Below are positions 1-11,188 of a DNA stretch of 64,000 nt, in pieces. The notes under the pieces were generated by a model that saw only the letters and a list, made by a program, of their open reading frames with translations, was not told the origin of the DNA and searched no databases. The stretch covers positions 59,816 to 123,815 of the forward strand of contig JAUNOH010000002.1 in NCBI GenBank assembly GCA_030537155.1, given 5' to 3'. Every line of letters begins with the position of its first letter. Positions within the stretch are counted from its first letter, which is position 1. This stretch comes from Bacillota bacterium. GTDB lineage: Bacteria > Bacillota_I > Bacilli_A > RFN20 > CAG-826. The position numbers and the translations under genes are program-made.

Positions 1-2378
1 GCAGGAACTGGCCGGAGTCATCACGGGAGAAGCCCATGGTGAGCTGGGTCAGGTCGTTGGTGCCGAAGCTGAAGAACTCAGCCTCTTTGGCGATATCCCC
101 GGCACGGAGAGCGCCGCGCGGGATCTCGATCATGGTACCGACGTGATAGTGGAGCTTCTTGCCAGCGGCTTCAAGCTCAGCCTCAACGGCTTTGACGACC
201 ACGTTCTTGGCCCACATATACTCTTTGTATTCGCCGGCAAGCGGGATCATGATCTCGGGTTCGACATCATGGCCGAGCTCTTTGCTGGCTTTGACGGCGG
301 CCTGGATGATGGCCTTGGCTAAGACGGCATAGATTTCCGGATAAGCCACGCAGAGACGGACGCCGCGGAAGCCCATCATCGGGTTGGCCTGCTGGAGCTG
401 GCCGATCCTGTCGACGACTTTCTGCTCGGAGACGTTGAGCTTCTTGGCGAGCTCCTTGATGTTCTCCTTGTCGTGGATTTCGGGTAAGAATTCGTGGAGA
501 GGCGGATCCAACAAGCGGATGTTGACCAGCGAATCGGGGTTGGCCATATACATCTTGTAGAAGTCGTCGGCCAAGAAGGGACGGATCCTTTCGAGGGCGG
601 CTTCGCGCTGCTCAGTGGTATCGGAGAGAATCATGGACCTCATGTTGAGGATCCTATCCTCGGCGAAGAACATACGCTCAGTGCGGCAGAGGCCGATGCC
701 CTCGGCGCCGAACTTGTTGGCGTTGTTGGCATCTTCCGGAGTGTTGCAGTTGGCGCGGACTTTGAGGCGACGATATTTGTCGGCCCAGCCCATCAGACGG
801 CCGAAGTCGCCACCTAAGTCGGCGGGGACCATCTTGATGGAACCTTCGTAGACTAAGCCGGTCGAGCCGTTGACGGAGAGGATGTCACCTTCGTGGTAGA
901 CCTTATCACCGACGGTGACGGTCTTCTTCTCTTCGTTGACGATGATCTCGGTAGCACCGGCGACGCAGCATTTGCCCATGGAGCGGGCAACGACGGCGGC
1001 GTGGGAAGTCATACCACCGCGGGCGGTTAAGATGGCCTCGGAGTTGACCATACCGATGATGTCCTCAGGGGAGGTTTCGGCACGGACTAGGACGACCTTC
1101 TTGCCGGCATCATGCCATTCTTTGCACTCTTCGGCGGTGAAGACGATGGCGCCAGTTCCGGCACCCGGGGAAGCCGGGAGGCCTTTGATGACGGGATCGT
1201 GAGCCTTGAGGTCAGCTTCGTCGAAGGTCGGGTGGAGCAGGTCGTTGAGCTGCTTCGGCTCGACGCGGAGGACGGCTTCCTCTTCGTCGATTAAGCCTTC
1301 GTCGACTAAATCGCAGGCGATCTTGAGGGCGGCGCGGGCAGTCCTCTTGCCGTTGCGGGTCTGGAGGAAGTAGAGCTTGCCCTTTTCGATGGTGTACTCC
1401 ATATCCTGCATATCATGGAAGTAGTTCTCCATGCGCTTGATGGTGGCCATGAAGTCTTCATAGACATCCGGCATCCTCTTCTTGAGCTCATCGATGTGGA
1501 GCGGGGTGCGGACGCCGGCGACGACATCTTCGCCCTGGGCGTTGGGAAGGAACTCGGCGTAGATCTCTTTGGTGCCATCGGAGGGCGACCTGGAGAAGGC
1601 GACGCCGGTACCGGAATCTTCGCCCATGTTGCCGAAGACCATGGTCTGGACGTTGACGGCGGTGCCCCATTCATAGGGGATGCCGTTCATCTGACGATAG
1701 ACGTTGGCGCGGGGGTTGTCCCAGCTGCGGAAGACGGCCGCGACGGCCTCTTTGAGCTGGACGTAGGGATCCTGCGGGAAATCTTCGTTGAAGACTTTCT
1801 TGTAGTACTCTTTGAACTGTTTGACGAGACCCTTCAATTGCTCGGCGGTGACTTCGGTGTCGAGCTTGTAGCCGTTCTCTTCCTTGAGGCGATCGAGCAT
1901 GCCGTCCATTTCGGTACGGGGATGGCCTTTGGCGATGTTGGTGAACATCAGGATGAAACGACGGTAGGAGTCCCAAGCGAAGCGCTCGTTGCCGCTGGCT
2001 TCAGCTAATTCGAGGACGGTCTTGTCGTTGGTGCCGAGGTTGAGGATGGTGTCCATCATACCAGGCATGGACTGACGGGCGCCGGAACGGACGGAGACCA
2101 ATAGGGGCATGCCCTCTCCGCCGCCGAACTTCTTGCCGTTCAGCTTTTCGATCTCGTGGATGTGATCAACGATATCGTTCCACACGAAGTCGGGGATCTG
2201 CTTTCCCGAATCGTAGTAGAGGTTGCAGGCTTGGCAGCTGATGGTGAAGCCGGCGGGGATGTTGATGCCCGCTGCGGTCATTTCAGCCAGACCGAAGCCT
2301 TTTCCGCCAAGGACGTCTTTGCCAAGTTTGGCATCTTTACCTTCCTTGAAGGAGTAGACATATTTTTTTTCTGCCATG
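1..2378 (-). CDS. ppdK: pyruvate, phosphate dikinase (N-terminal ~790 aa; C-terminus runs off the window start)
   Basis: Minus-strand ATG at 2376-2378 has an AGGAGGA RBS 7 nt upstream. Translation reads MAEKKYVYSFKEG... in one open frame down to position 1. It contains the PEP-utilising phospho-His motif ARGGMTSHAAVVARSMGKCCVAG. It is absent from the ORF track only because it has no in-window stop. Confidence 0.93.
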
Positions 2379-2545
2379 TTGTCCTCCTATGACAATCATT
2401 TTTGGGTTTCTGTCTAACCCAGCTGAGAAATATTAACACAAACTAGATTGTTCCTTGAACAACATTGGAACGACTGGTGCAAATTGAGCGTTTTACCGAC
2501 TTATTTAAAACATTTTTTCGTAAGTGTTAGAATTAGTTCACGTTT

Positions 2546-4099
2546 ATGGAAAACGGAGATTTAATCCTAACAATCGATTTTGGTACTCAATCGGTTAGAG
2601 CTTCGATATTCGACGCCCAGGGCAACGCCCTTTGCATGGAAAAGGAAACGTATGCGCCTGCATACTTTTCGCCTAAGCCCGGGTATGCGGAGCAGGACCC
2701 AGATTATTACTATCAGTGCCTCTGCAAATGCACCAACCGCATAAAGGAAAATAACCCCGAGCTTTTAAAGCGGGTTAAAGGCATCACCGAAACCTGCTTC
2801 AGGGATTCGGCGGTCCTCCTCGATAAGGAACGCAACGTCGTCAGGCCCATGATCCTTTGGCTCGACCAGAGGTTTGCCAAATGCGAAAAGCCGCTGCCCT
2901 GGTATCTTCGGGCGATTTTTGGAATCGTTGGGATGGGCGATGTCATCAAGATGAATCGCAAGAGGACGATCGCCAACTGGATCATAGAGAACGAACCCGA
3001 GAATTGGGCCAAGGTCGATAAATACGTCGCCGTCTCCACCTACTTCATCTATCGTTTGACCGGCCAATTGAAGGATTCGGCCGCCAACTGCACCGGACAC
3101 TATCCGATCGATTTCAAGAAAAAGAAGTGGTACCGCCGCCCCGAAAAACACATGAAAGGGCGCATTTTCTCTGTCAAATCCTCAATGCTTTGCGAATTAG
3201 TCAAGGAAGGCGGTCTCATCGGCACCATCACCAAAAAATGCAGTTTGGAGAGTGGCATCCCAACCGGGGTTCCCGTCTTCGCCTGCGGGTCGGATAAGTC
3301 ATGTGAGACCCTAGGGGTTGGGGTTATGGACGATAAGACCGGGGCCATCAGTTTAGGCACCGCCTGCACCTTCGAGACCACCGTCACCAAATACACGGAA
3401 CCCGTAACCTTCCTTCCCTGCTATCCATCCTGCATCGACGGCTATTACAACATGGACGTCCAGATCTACCGCGGATATTGGATGATCAACTGGTTCCTTA
3501 AGGAATTCGGCGGCGAACAAATCAACGACATCACCCTCGACGAAGGTGATCCGCAATACTGGGACAAGCAAATGGCCAATGTTCCCGTCGGGAGCGACGG
3601 CCTCATCCTCCAGCCTTACTGGGGCTCGATGCTCGATAGGCCCGAGGTAAAAGGTTCGATCGTCGGATTTTCCGACGTCACCACCAGGGCCCATTTTTAC
3701 CGTGCCCTAATCGAGGGCATCGGCTATGCCCTCCGCGAAGCGGCGGAAGGCTTCCAGAAGAAGCTCCATCATAAATTCACTTCTCTAAGGGTCTCCGGCG
3801 GCGGGGCCAAAAGCAACGAGATCTGCCAGATCATGGCCGACATCTTCGGGGTGCCTGTCTCCAGGGTCCACACGACCGAATCATCCTCTTTGGGGGCGGC
3901 GATGGCGGGCTTCCTAGCCATCGATAGGTATGAGACTCCTCAGCAGGCTATCGAGAACATGGTCCGCTTGGAGGATACCTTTAAACCCAATATGGAAAAC
4001 CATAAGGTTTACGACGACCTATTCTATGGGGTATATATGAAGCTATACCCCGATTTGAAAAAGGAATATAAATTCCTTTGGAACTACACCGCAAGGTAA
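2546..4099 (+). CDS. FGGY-family carbohydrate kinase (xylulokinase / glycerol-kinase-like), 517 aa
   Basis: N-terminal LILTIDFGTQSVRASIFD actin-fold ATPase motif. C-terminal GGGAKS motif. Length typical of FGGY kinases. Confidence 0.8.
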   Translation: MENGDLILTIDFGTQSVRASIFDAQGNALCMEKETYAPAYFSPKPGYAEQDPDYYYQCLCKCTNRIKENNPELLKRVKGITETCFRDSAVLLDKERNVVRPMILWLDQRFAKCEKPLPWYLRAIFGIVGMGDVIKMNRKRTIANWIIENEPENWAKVDKYVAVSTYFIYRLTGQLKDSAANCTGHYPIDFKKKKWYRRPEKHMKGRIFSVKSSMLCELVKEGGLIGTITKKCSLESGIPTGVPVFACGSDKSCETLGVGVMDDKTGAISLGTACTFETTVTKYTEPVTFLPCYPSCIDGYYNMDVQIYRGYWMINWFLKEFGGEQINDITLDEGDPQYWDKQMANVPVGSDGLILQPYWGSMLDRPEVKGSIVGFSDVTTRAHFYRALIEGIGYALREAAEGFQKKLHHKFTSLRVSGGGAKSNEICQIMADIFGVPVSRVHTTESSSLGAAMAGFLAIDRYETPQQAIENMVRLEDTFKPNMENHKVYDDLFYGVYMKLYPDLKKEYKFLWNYTAR

Positions 4100-4109
4100 A
4101 AAGAGTGAA

Positions 4110-4140
4110 AAGCGGCCTCAGATGAGACCGCTTTTTAATT
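4110..4140 (+). terminator. rho-independent terminator after the FGGY kinase gene
   Basis: GC hairpin AAGCGGCCTCA..TGAGACCGCTT followed by TTTTT. Confidence 0.5.
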
Positions 4141-4177
4141 TGTTCCGTCCTTTCGCCCCCATATAATAGCGGCGGCT

Positions 4178-4978
4178 ATGAAAAGACTTCTCGTATTTGA
4201 CGTGGACGGAACCCTCATCACCCACGAAGGAGTGATTCCGGAAGCTAACCTCAAGGCCATCAACGAAAGGCTGGCTGAAGGGGATGCGGTGGCAATCGCC
4301 TCCGGAAGGCCCTTCACTGGGATAAATATTTTCCTTTCTCAATTAATCGACGGGGAAAAGTATGCCTGCGCGGCCAACGGGGCGGCTGTCTACGACAAAG
4401 ACGGAAACGTCCTCTATACGAACGGGCTTAAACCGAAGGATTTCGAATCATTTTGCAAGCGGCACCCGGAAGTTCGGGAGGCTGGAGTTCCCCTATATTG
4501 CTATTTGGCTAACAACATCGGCTATTACGAATACGATTGGGCCATCGATTGGGAAATCAAATGTAACCTAATCCCCGGACGTGATTTAACGAAGGAACCA
4601 TTCAAGGAAAACGACGTTCTTCTCAAGTTTATGATCGCCTCGAAAGAGCCCTCTTTTATTGACGGTTTTAAACTCGTAGAAGAAGACCTCAAATACAGAT
4701 GCATGAGGACTAACCCCTGCTATCTCGAATTCGTTAATCCCGGGACCGACAAAGGCATCGCCGTTGAGTTCTTGAAACAAAAATTAAAGATCGATAATAA
4801 ATACGTTTTTACCTTCGGCGACCAGGGGAATGACGTCAAGATGATCGAAGACTTCCAGGGCATCGCCATGGGCAACGCCATACCCGCCTGCAAAAAAGTG
4901 GCGAAATACATCACTGAAAATTGCGAAAAAGACGGCGTGGCATCGGCGATTTATAACTTTGTTTTGAAAATGAAATAA
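4178..4978 (+). CDS. Cof-type HAD-IIB family hydrolase
   Basis: FDVDGTL motif I at the N-terminus. GDQGNDVKM motif IV near the C-terminus. 266 aa. Confidence 0.85.
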   Translation: MKRLLVFDVDGTLITHEGVIPEANLKAINERLAEGDAVAIASGRPFTGINIFLSQLIDGEKYACAANGAAVYDKDGNVLYTNGLKPKDFESFCKRHPEVREAGVPLYCYLANNIGYYEYDWAIDWEIKCNLIPGRDLTKEPFKENDVLLKFMIASKEPSFIDGFKLVEEDLKYRCMRTNPCYLEFVNPGTDKGIAVEFLKQKLKIDNKYVFTFGDQGNDVKMIEDFQGIAMGNAIPACKKVAKYITENCEKDGVASAIYNFVLKMK

Positions 4979-4979
4979 C

Positions 4980-5576
4980 TCACCTTATCTGAAACAATTT
5001 TATTAAGGTATCCGCGTTAATTTCCTTATTATTTTTATAACCTAAAATAATTCTTTGATCGAGGGTTCCGAACACGAGGTTTACAAAGGCCTCGCTCGCC
5101 TGTTCGGTCGGGATTTGGATTATCTCGCCATTCGCTTGACCCTGTTTTATTAAGGACTTTATAACCGGATACGGATCAAGACCTTTAATCCCGCTTTTAT
5201 TGACTTTGTTATGCTGGCGGATTTGAAGAAGCATTTTCGCGTATTCGGCCTCTTCGTCTTTCTTAGCTTTTGCGGCTCCTGAATAGTATTGGCAAAGCTT
5301 CTTCAAACCGGCTAATCCTCCGGCTTCTTTGGCTTCGGATAAAGGCGCCAGAAGATTTGGCTTCTCCTTGGCATTAGATAGCAACTCCACAAGCACCTCA
5401 TTGAGGTCTTTGTAGTAGTGGTAAAAAAGCCCGTGCGCACAGCGGGCCTTTTTCGTTATTTCATCGATTGAGGTCGCATCAAACCCTTCCGTGGCGAATA
5501 GATATAAAGCTGCCGAAAGGAGTTTAGCCTTCCTCTTTTCCTGCATTTGCCTGAACTGCTCGGCAGATCTAGGCAT
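4980..5576 (-). CDS. TetR/AcrR family transcriptional regulator (199 aa)
   Basis: HTH LLSAALYLFATEGFDATSIDEITKKARCAHGLFYHYYKDL. Start moved to the internal ATG at 5574-5576. The longer ORF-track N-terminus is a low-complexity read-through into the upstream gene. ATG overlaps the upstream stop by 8 nt. Confidence 0.8.
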   Translation of the reverse strand: MPRSAEQFRQMQEKRKAKLLSAALYLFATEGFDATSIDEITKKARCAHGLFYHYYKDLNEVLVELLSNAKEKPNLLAPLSEAKEAGGLAGLKKLCQYYSGAAKAKKDEEAEYAKMLLQIRQHNKVNKSGIKGLDPYPVIKSLIKQGQANGEIIQIPTEQASEAFVNLVFGTLDQRIILGYKNNKEINADTLIKLFQIR

Positions 5577-6537
5577 TTTCTTCCTCGGAGGGCTTTTCCT
5601 CCATTTGGATTTGGCTGGCGTTTTGCTCGGCCCTCTTCCAGCTCCACCTGATGGCCAGGTATAAAGCGAAGAAGCCGGCCACGAACAAGAAGGCGCCGAT
5701 GAGGTAATGCCACCAGGCAGCCCCTGATTCGTAGTAGGACCAGATGTTGTTATTAACAAAGATCGAGGCAACCGAGCCGAGGATGAAACCGAGGACGATG
5801 GTGAAGGTGGCCTGACGGTGGTTTTCCTCCAGTTTCCTCATGACCTTGGCGAAGCAGACCAGACCCATGATAACCCCAACCAACAAGATTAGGGTCAATA
5901 GCAAACCGGTGCCGATGCGGTCGTGGTTATGGAGCATGGAGTTATCCCCGGAGTAGAGGGCGATGATCGGGTTATAGATGCCGAAGATGAATAGGACCAT
6001 GGAACCTGAGATGCCGGGCAATAGGCAAGCCACAGCGGCGATGAAGCCGGCCACGAAAGTCACCGGATACACCCAGATGTTCTCGTTGGGGTTTTCAAAG
6101 GCGGCAGCCACGTCGAACCACTGGAATTTATAGGCCAAGACCGAGAGAACACCGATGCCGGCGGCGACGATAAAGCCTATCAATATTCGCAAAACATCCG
6201 ATTTCCTCAGGTTCTTCCAATCGATGGCCTTGATGATGACCGGGGTTCCACCAAGGGTTAAGCCACCGAATAGGGCGGTGATCTCAAAGGGGATGTATTC
6301 GCTGAGGTAGGAATAGCCGATTAAGATGATGAGGGCGGAAATCACGCAGCCCAAAGCCAAGGGCAATAAAGCCATCGCGGCCTTGAAGAAGTGCTTAGTT
6401 AGGCCCGAAATGGAATCGAGCAATTTGTCATAAACGTTGACGATGAGGCCGATCGTTCCTACGGAGACGCCGGGTATCATGCCAAGCCCAAGCGAACTAC
6501 CGCGGGCGAAGTCGGAAAACCAATCTTTAGCAGTCAT
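5569..6537 (-). CDS. polytopic membrane protein, DUF368-like (internal duplication)
   Basis: 322 aa with about 8 predicted TM segments. Duplicated PGVSVGT / PGISGSM motifs resemble the DUF368 family. Family assignment is tentative. Confidence 0.55.
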   Translation of the reverse strand: MTAKDWFSDFARGSSLGLGMIPGVSVGTIGLIVNVYDKLLDSISGLTKHFFKAAMALLPLALGCVISALIILIGYSYLSEYIPFEITALFGGLTLGGTPVIIKAIDWKNLRKSDVLRILIGFIVAAGIGVLSVLAYKFQWFDVAAAFENPNENIWVYPVTFVAGFIAAVACLLPGISGSMVLFIFGIYNPIIALYSGDNSMLHNHDRIGTGLLLTLILLVGVIMGLVCFAKVMRKLEENHRQATFTIVLGFILGSVASIFVNNNIWSYYESGAAWWHYLIGAFLFVAGFFALYLAIRWSWKRAEQNASQIQMEEKPSEEENA

Positions 6538-6599
6538 GCTAACAACTATATTTGTTTTTACCCCGCATTCCTAGTTCGATGTGATAGACTTCTCTCGCT

Positions 6600-7136
6600 A
6601 TGCGGACATTAGTTTTATACGAAACCGAGCAAGGCTCGACCCAAAAATATGCCGAGGATATCGCCAAGGCCGTCGGCGGCACCGTTTTGCCGTTAAAGAA
6701 GTTCAAACCGAAGACGATCGATGACTACGACGTCCTCGTTTTCGGCGGCTGGGTCAGGGGCAATCAGATCATGGGCCTCAACAAGTTCCTATCTTATTGG
6801 GACGCCATGGAGGGGAAGGACGTCATCGTCTTCTCCAGCGGACTTTCGGTCGTAAGCAAAGACGGAAGGGAGGAGATGATTCAGCTAAATGTCCTTTATC
6901 CATATCACCTCCGTTACTACATGCTCCGCGGCTCCTTTGACTTCAAGAAGCTCTCCTTTAAGAACCGCTTGATGATGAATATGTCGCTCAATAGGCTGGC
7001 CTCCCAGCAAGAGCTTTCGGTTAACGATCAGCAACTGCTCGCGATTAAGGACACTCCGGTCACCTATTATGACCAGGAAGGCGTCAACAGAATCGTCACG
7101 GTCATCAACAAAATCGCCTTGGAAAAAATCTCATGA
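6600..7136 (+). CDS. flavodoxin-like domain protein
   Basis: LVLYETEQGSTQKYAEDIA...VLVFGGWV pattern typical of the flavodoxin fold. 178 aa. Confidence 0.55.
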   Translation: MRTLVLYETEQGSTQKYAEDIAKAVGGTVLPLKKFKPKTIDDYDVLVFGGWVRGNQIMGLNKFLSYWDAMEGKDVIVFSSGLSVVSKDGREEMIQLNVLYPYHLRYYMLRGSFDFKKLSFKNRLMMNMSLNRLASQQELSVNDQQLLAIKDTPVTYYDQEGVNRIVTVINKIALEKIS

Positions 7137-7690
7137 AATTGATCGTCGGTTTGGGAAACCCGGGCAAGCAATATGAACATACCCGGCACAACATGGGCTA
7201 CGATGCGATCGACGAGTTCGCCGAGATGGTCGGAGCCGATTTCGACCGCAACAAATTCAACGGCGATTTTTCGATCGTGAAAGACGACCGTTTCCCCGAC
7301 GACTTCATCTTGGCCAAACCGTTGACCTTCATGAACCTCTCCGGCGAGTTCGTCAGACCGTTGATGGATTATTTCAAAATCCCTGTTGAGGATGTGCTCG
7401 TCATTTATGACGACATGGCCTTAAAACCGGGAAACATCCGTCTTAGGCCGGGTGGTAGCCACGCCGGGCATAACGGCATCAAAAACATCATCCAAATGAC
7501 CGGGACTGAGCAGATTAAGCGCATCAGGGTCGGCATCGGAGAACCTCTCCATACCGGCGTCGATTGGGTGCTTGGGAAAGCCTCCGGCGAAGAGGCTGAT
7601 GCCTTAAAGGAAGGCTGCCATAAAGCCGCCCTCGCCCTCCGCGATTACCTGCTCCATGGCTTCGAGTATGCGATGAACCACTACAATTGA
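7133..7690 (+). CDS. pth: peptidyl-tRNA hydrolase
   Basis: MKLIVGLGNPGKQYEHTRHNMGY signature. 185 aa. Overlaps the upstream stop by 4 nt. Confidence 0.93.
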   Translation: MKLIVGLGNPGKQYEHTRHNMGYDAIDEFAEMVGADFDRNKFNGDFSIVKDDRFPDDFILAKPLTFMNLSGEFVRPLMDYFKIPVEDVLVIYDDMALKPGNIRLRPGGSHAGHNGIKNIIQMTGTEQIKRIRVGIGEPLHTGVDWVLGKASGEEADALKEGCHKAALALRDYLLHGFEYAMNHYN

Positions 7691-7691
7691 G

Positions 7692-10600
7692 GTGATATCC
7701 ACGGACGATCTAAACAAACTGATACAAAACCTCGTGTCGACCTCCCCCCTCCATGGCAAGAAGGGGCGTTTTGTCGTGGACGACACCATTGGATCGGCCC
7801 TAATTTTCGCCTCCGAATTCCTACAGAAAAAAGACGATTATGTGATCGTTGCCAACAACCAATATTCCGCCGAGAAAATCTATAACTTCCTTTTGAATTT
7901 CCTATCTGAGGAAGATGTCGTTTTCTTTCCGTCCGACGAACTACTTAGAGCGGAGGCGATATCCTCTGGAAGGGAGCTCCTCTCCCAAAGGCTATACGCC
8001 CTCGACCGCCTTCTCGATCCAAGGAAGAAGATATTGGTTTGCCACCCGTCGTCATTGCTTAGATATCTTCCTTCCCCCAAGGATTTTTCGGCCTTCTGTT
8101 TGGATTTTGCGGTAGGGGAGGAGCACTCCTTATCAAAAATCAAAGCCCGCCTCGTCGATATGGGTTATCAGGGCGTCAACAAAGTTGACCATTCCCTCCA
8201 ATTCGCCTCCCGCGGGGACATATTGGATATATATTCCGTCTCCTACCTAAATCCTGTCCGCATCGAATTCTTTGGCGATGAAATTGAGTCCATCCGCCTT
8301 TTCGATATCGGCACGCAACAAAGTAAGCAGGAACTAAAATCCGTCCGCATCATTCCGGCCACCGACATCTTCCTGACTGATGAGCAGCTAAGCGACTTCG
8401 CCGCCAGGGCCAGGGAGCAATTGGATGCGGATAAAAAGCTTTTGGATAGGCCGACGGCGGAGCTATTGGAGCAAAACGTATCCCTCGACCTCGAGGATTT
8501 CGTAAACAGGAACTACAAGCCGAGCCTTTATAAGTATTTCGGCTATGCCGCCGGCTCAACTTATTCGGTCCTAGACTATATAAAGGCCAAGGCGGTTTAT
8601 ATCGCCAACGAGGAGGCCTTTGACTCCGCCGCCGACCTGCTAATAAGAGAAGCCCAATCCTATTTTTTGGAGCTGAGGCTTAAAGGCCGTCTTTTATCTC
8701 ATTTAGAGGAATACATCCAACCCGAGAAGGTGTTCCAGAAACAGAAGGTCCTCCGTTCCAACGCCTTCATAACCAGCCCTGACGACTTCATCTTCCAGGT
8801 TTCCTCAATCGTGACGACCGGCCGCTCCCTCGCAAGCGTCGTCCCAACCATCCAAACCTATTTGGCTAACGACGGCAAAGTCGTTTTATCCCTCAAGGAG
8901 AGGCAACAATACCAAACCGTCACCTCCCTTTTGGACGACGCCAAATTGCCTTATGAAGATGTCGAGGGATTCAATCTTCCTGAAGGAAATCTCGGAATCA
9001 CCAGAAGTTTTTTGAACGAAGGCTTCTATTTACCCAAGCAGAAATTGGCTTATATCTCGCCCTCCGAAATCTTTGGGAGGAAGAGCGCCTCCTCCCGCTT
9101 TACCGGGAGATTCCAAAACGCGACCATCCTAAGGTCGTATGAAGATCTCCACCCCGGGGATTACGTCGTCCACGAATATAACGGCATCGGCCAATATCTC
9201 GGCATCAAGACCATTGAAGTCGATGGCATCCATAGGGACTATCTCCACATCGCCTATGCCGGGAACGAATTCCTCTATGTCCCCCTCGAGCAATTTAGGC
9301 TCGTCCGTAAATACGCCGGCAGGGAAGGGGCCGCCCCGGCCCTGAGCCACCTTTATAGCGGCGACTGGGAAAAGAAGAAGGCCAAAATCAAAAAGAGGGT
9401 CAACGAATTGGCCGAGAGGTTGATTGCCCTCTATGGCGAAAGGGCCAGCGTTAAGGGGTTTGCCTTTCCGCCCGATGACGAACTTCAGATGCAATTTGAA
9501 GGCGAATTCCCCTACGAATTGACGCCGGATCAGCAGACTTCCCTCGACGAAATCAAGGCGGATATGGAAAAGGAAGAAGCCATGGACCGCCTCCTATGCG
9601 GGGATGTCGGCTTTGGGAAAACCGAGATTGCCTTCAGGGCCGCCTTTAAAGCCATCTCGGCCGGGAAACAGGTCGCCTTGCTTTGCCCAACCACCCTATT
9701 GGCTAGGCAGCATTATGAGGTCGCCCTTCAGCGCTTTGCCGGATATGGCATAAAAATCGCCCCTTTCTCCCGCTTAATCCCGCCCTCCGAGCAAAAAAGG
9801 GACATCGATTTAATCGAAAAAGGGAAAATCGACCTGGCCATCGGAACCCATCGTCTTTTATCCAAGGATTTCCACTTCAAGGATCTCGGGCTTTTGATAG
9901 TCGATGAGGAGCAGCGCTTCGGCGTCGAGCAGAAGGAGAGGATTAAGGAACTGAAGACCAACGTTGATGTCTTGACCCTTTCGGCCACCCCGATTCCAAG
10001 GACGATGCAGATGTCATTAGTCGGCATCAGGCAACTATCCCAAATCAACACCGCCCCTAACACCAGGCAGGCCGTCCAAACCTATGTCACCCCCTTCAAG
10101 CAGGAAGTGGTGAATGAGCTCATCCAAAGGGAGCTGACCCGCGGTGGCCAGGTCTTCTACATTCATAACCGCGTAGACTCGATATATGCGGTGGCCTCCC
10201 GTTTGGAAACCGCGGTCAAGGGCTCCGCGGTCGGGGTCGTCCACGGCAAGATGGACAAGGAGATGGTCGAGGAGGTCATGGGCCGATTCTATGAGGGGGA
10301 GATAAACGTCCTGGTGGCGACCTCCATCGTGGAAAACGGGATCGATGTGCCTAACGCCAACCTCATAATCGTCGAGGACGCGGATAAATTTGGTTTATCG
10401 CAGCTATATCAGATCAAAGGCCGCGTTGGCCGCGGTGATAGAATCGCCTACGCCTATTTGATGTATCGCGAGAAAAAGGAAATGAACGAAGACGCCGCCA
10501 AACGTCTTAAGGCCATTCAGGAATTCACCGAGCTAGGTTCCGGCTATAAGATCGCCCAACGCGATTTGATGATCCGCGGGGCCGGGGACATCTTGGGCCC

Positions 10601-11168
10601 CGAACAGGCCGGGTTCATCGACTCGATCGGCTTGGATCTGTATCTGAAGATGCTAAACGAGGCCGTGGCCGCCAAAAAGGAAGGCAAGGAAAGCGAGCCG
10701 CCCAAGGCCGCAAAGCTTTTCAAAATCGACGCCTATATCCCCGGGGAGTACGCCAATGAATCCGACAAGATCTCGATGTATCAGGAACTCCAGGACATCA
10801 AAGATGCCGCCGGACTCCGCGAGTTCGAGAAGAAGACAAAAGACATTTACGGTAAGATCCCCGAGCAGACCAAATTGCTTTTACAGAAAAAGCGGATCGA
10901 TTTGATTGCCGAGAAAGAGGAGTTCTCCTCCATGGATGAAGGGCCGGATTATGTCGACTTGGTATTAAGCGACTCCTTCACCAGGATCCCCGGCATGGGC
11001 TCGGAGCTATTCGACGCCTTAATCGACTACATCGACGACATCAAGATCTCCTTCATCAACAAGCGGCTGAAGATTCGAATGAACAAAAGAGGCAAATGGG
11101 CCGATGACCTCGAGAAGATTTTGAATAAGATCGACAAGCTCTATCTAAAAAGGGCGGAGCAGAAGTGA
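7692..11168 (+). CDS. mfd: transcription-repair coupling factor
   Basis: 1158 aa. DEAD/DEAH helicase motifs (GDVGFGKTE, DEEQRFGV, SATPIPRT). Lies downstream of pth as in Bacillus. Confidence 0.93.
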   Translation: MISTDDLNKLIQNLVSTSPLHGKKGRFVVDDTIGSALIFASEFLQKKDDYVIVANNQYSAEKIYNFLLNFLSEEDVVFFPSDELLRAEAISSGRELLSQRLYALDRLLDPRKKILVCHPSSLLRYLPSPKDFSAFCLDFAVGEEHSLSKIKARLVDMGYQGVNKVDHSLQFASRGDILDIYSVSYLNPVRIEFFGDEIESIRLFDIGTQQSKQELKSVRIIPATDIFLTDEQLSDFAARAREQLDADKKLLDRPTAELLEQNVSLDLEDFVNRNYKPSLYKYFGYAAGSTYSVLDYIKAKAVYIANEEAFDSAADLLIREAQSYFLELRLKGRLLSHLEEYIQPEKVFQKQKVLRSNAFITSPDDFIFQVSSIVTTGRSLASVVPTIQTYLANDGKVVLSLKERQQYQTVTSLLDDAKLPYEDVEGFNLPEGNLGITRSFLNEGFYLPKQKLAYISPSEIFGRKSASSRFTGRFQNATILRSYEDLHPGDYVVHEYNGIGQYLGIKTIEVDGIHRDYLHIAYAGNEFLYVPLEQFRLVRKYAGREGAAPALSHLYSGDWEKKKAKIKKRVNELAERLIALYGERASVKGFAFPPDDELQMQFEGEFPYELTPDQQTSLDEIKADMEKEEAMDRLLCGDVGFGKTEIAFRAAFKAISAGKQVALLCPTTLLARQHYEVALQRFAGYGIKIAPFSRLIPPSEQKRDIDLIEKGKIDLAIGTHRLLSKDFHFKDLGLLIVDEEQRFGVEQKERIKELKTNVDVLTLSATPIPRTMQMSLVGIRQLSQINTAPNTRQAVQTYVTPFKQEVVNELIQRELTRGGQVFYIHNRVDSIYAVASRLETAVKGSAVGVVHGKMDKEMVEEVMGRFYEGEINVLVATSIVENGIDVPNANLIIVEDADKFGLSQLYQIKGRVGRGDRIAYAYLMYREKKEMNEDAAKRLKAIQEFTELGSGYKIAQRDLMIRGAGDILGPEQAGFIDSIGLDLYLKMLNEAVAAKKEGKESEPPKAAKLFKIDAYIPGEYANESDKISMYQELQDIKDAAGLREFEKKTKDIYGKIPEQTKLLLQKKRIDLIAEKEEFSSMDEGPDYVDLVLSDSFTRIPGMGSELFDALIDYIDDIKISFINKRLKIRMNKRGKWADDLEKILNKIDKLYLKRAEQK

Positions 11169-11188
11169 ATGGGTGGTAGAATCAACTT

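Noticed and set aside
494-2392. Several 60-200-aa ORFs on the plus strand (494-817, 915-1202, 1415-2008, 2156-2392) and short minus ORFs.
   Set aside because: They lie antisense or out of frame inside the continuous minus-strand ppdK reading frame. Their products are low-complexity Gly/Asp/Val/His-rich, typical of spurious ORFs in GC-rich coding DNA.
4980-5771. 263-aa version of the TetR ORF, and a 246-aa version of the second TetR (35645-36385).
   Set aside because: The N-terminal extensions are low-complexity, overlap the neighbouring gene or leader, and lack an RBS. Internal ATGs with good RBSs (5576 and 36199) give canonical TetR lengths of about 190 aa.
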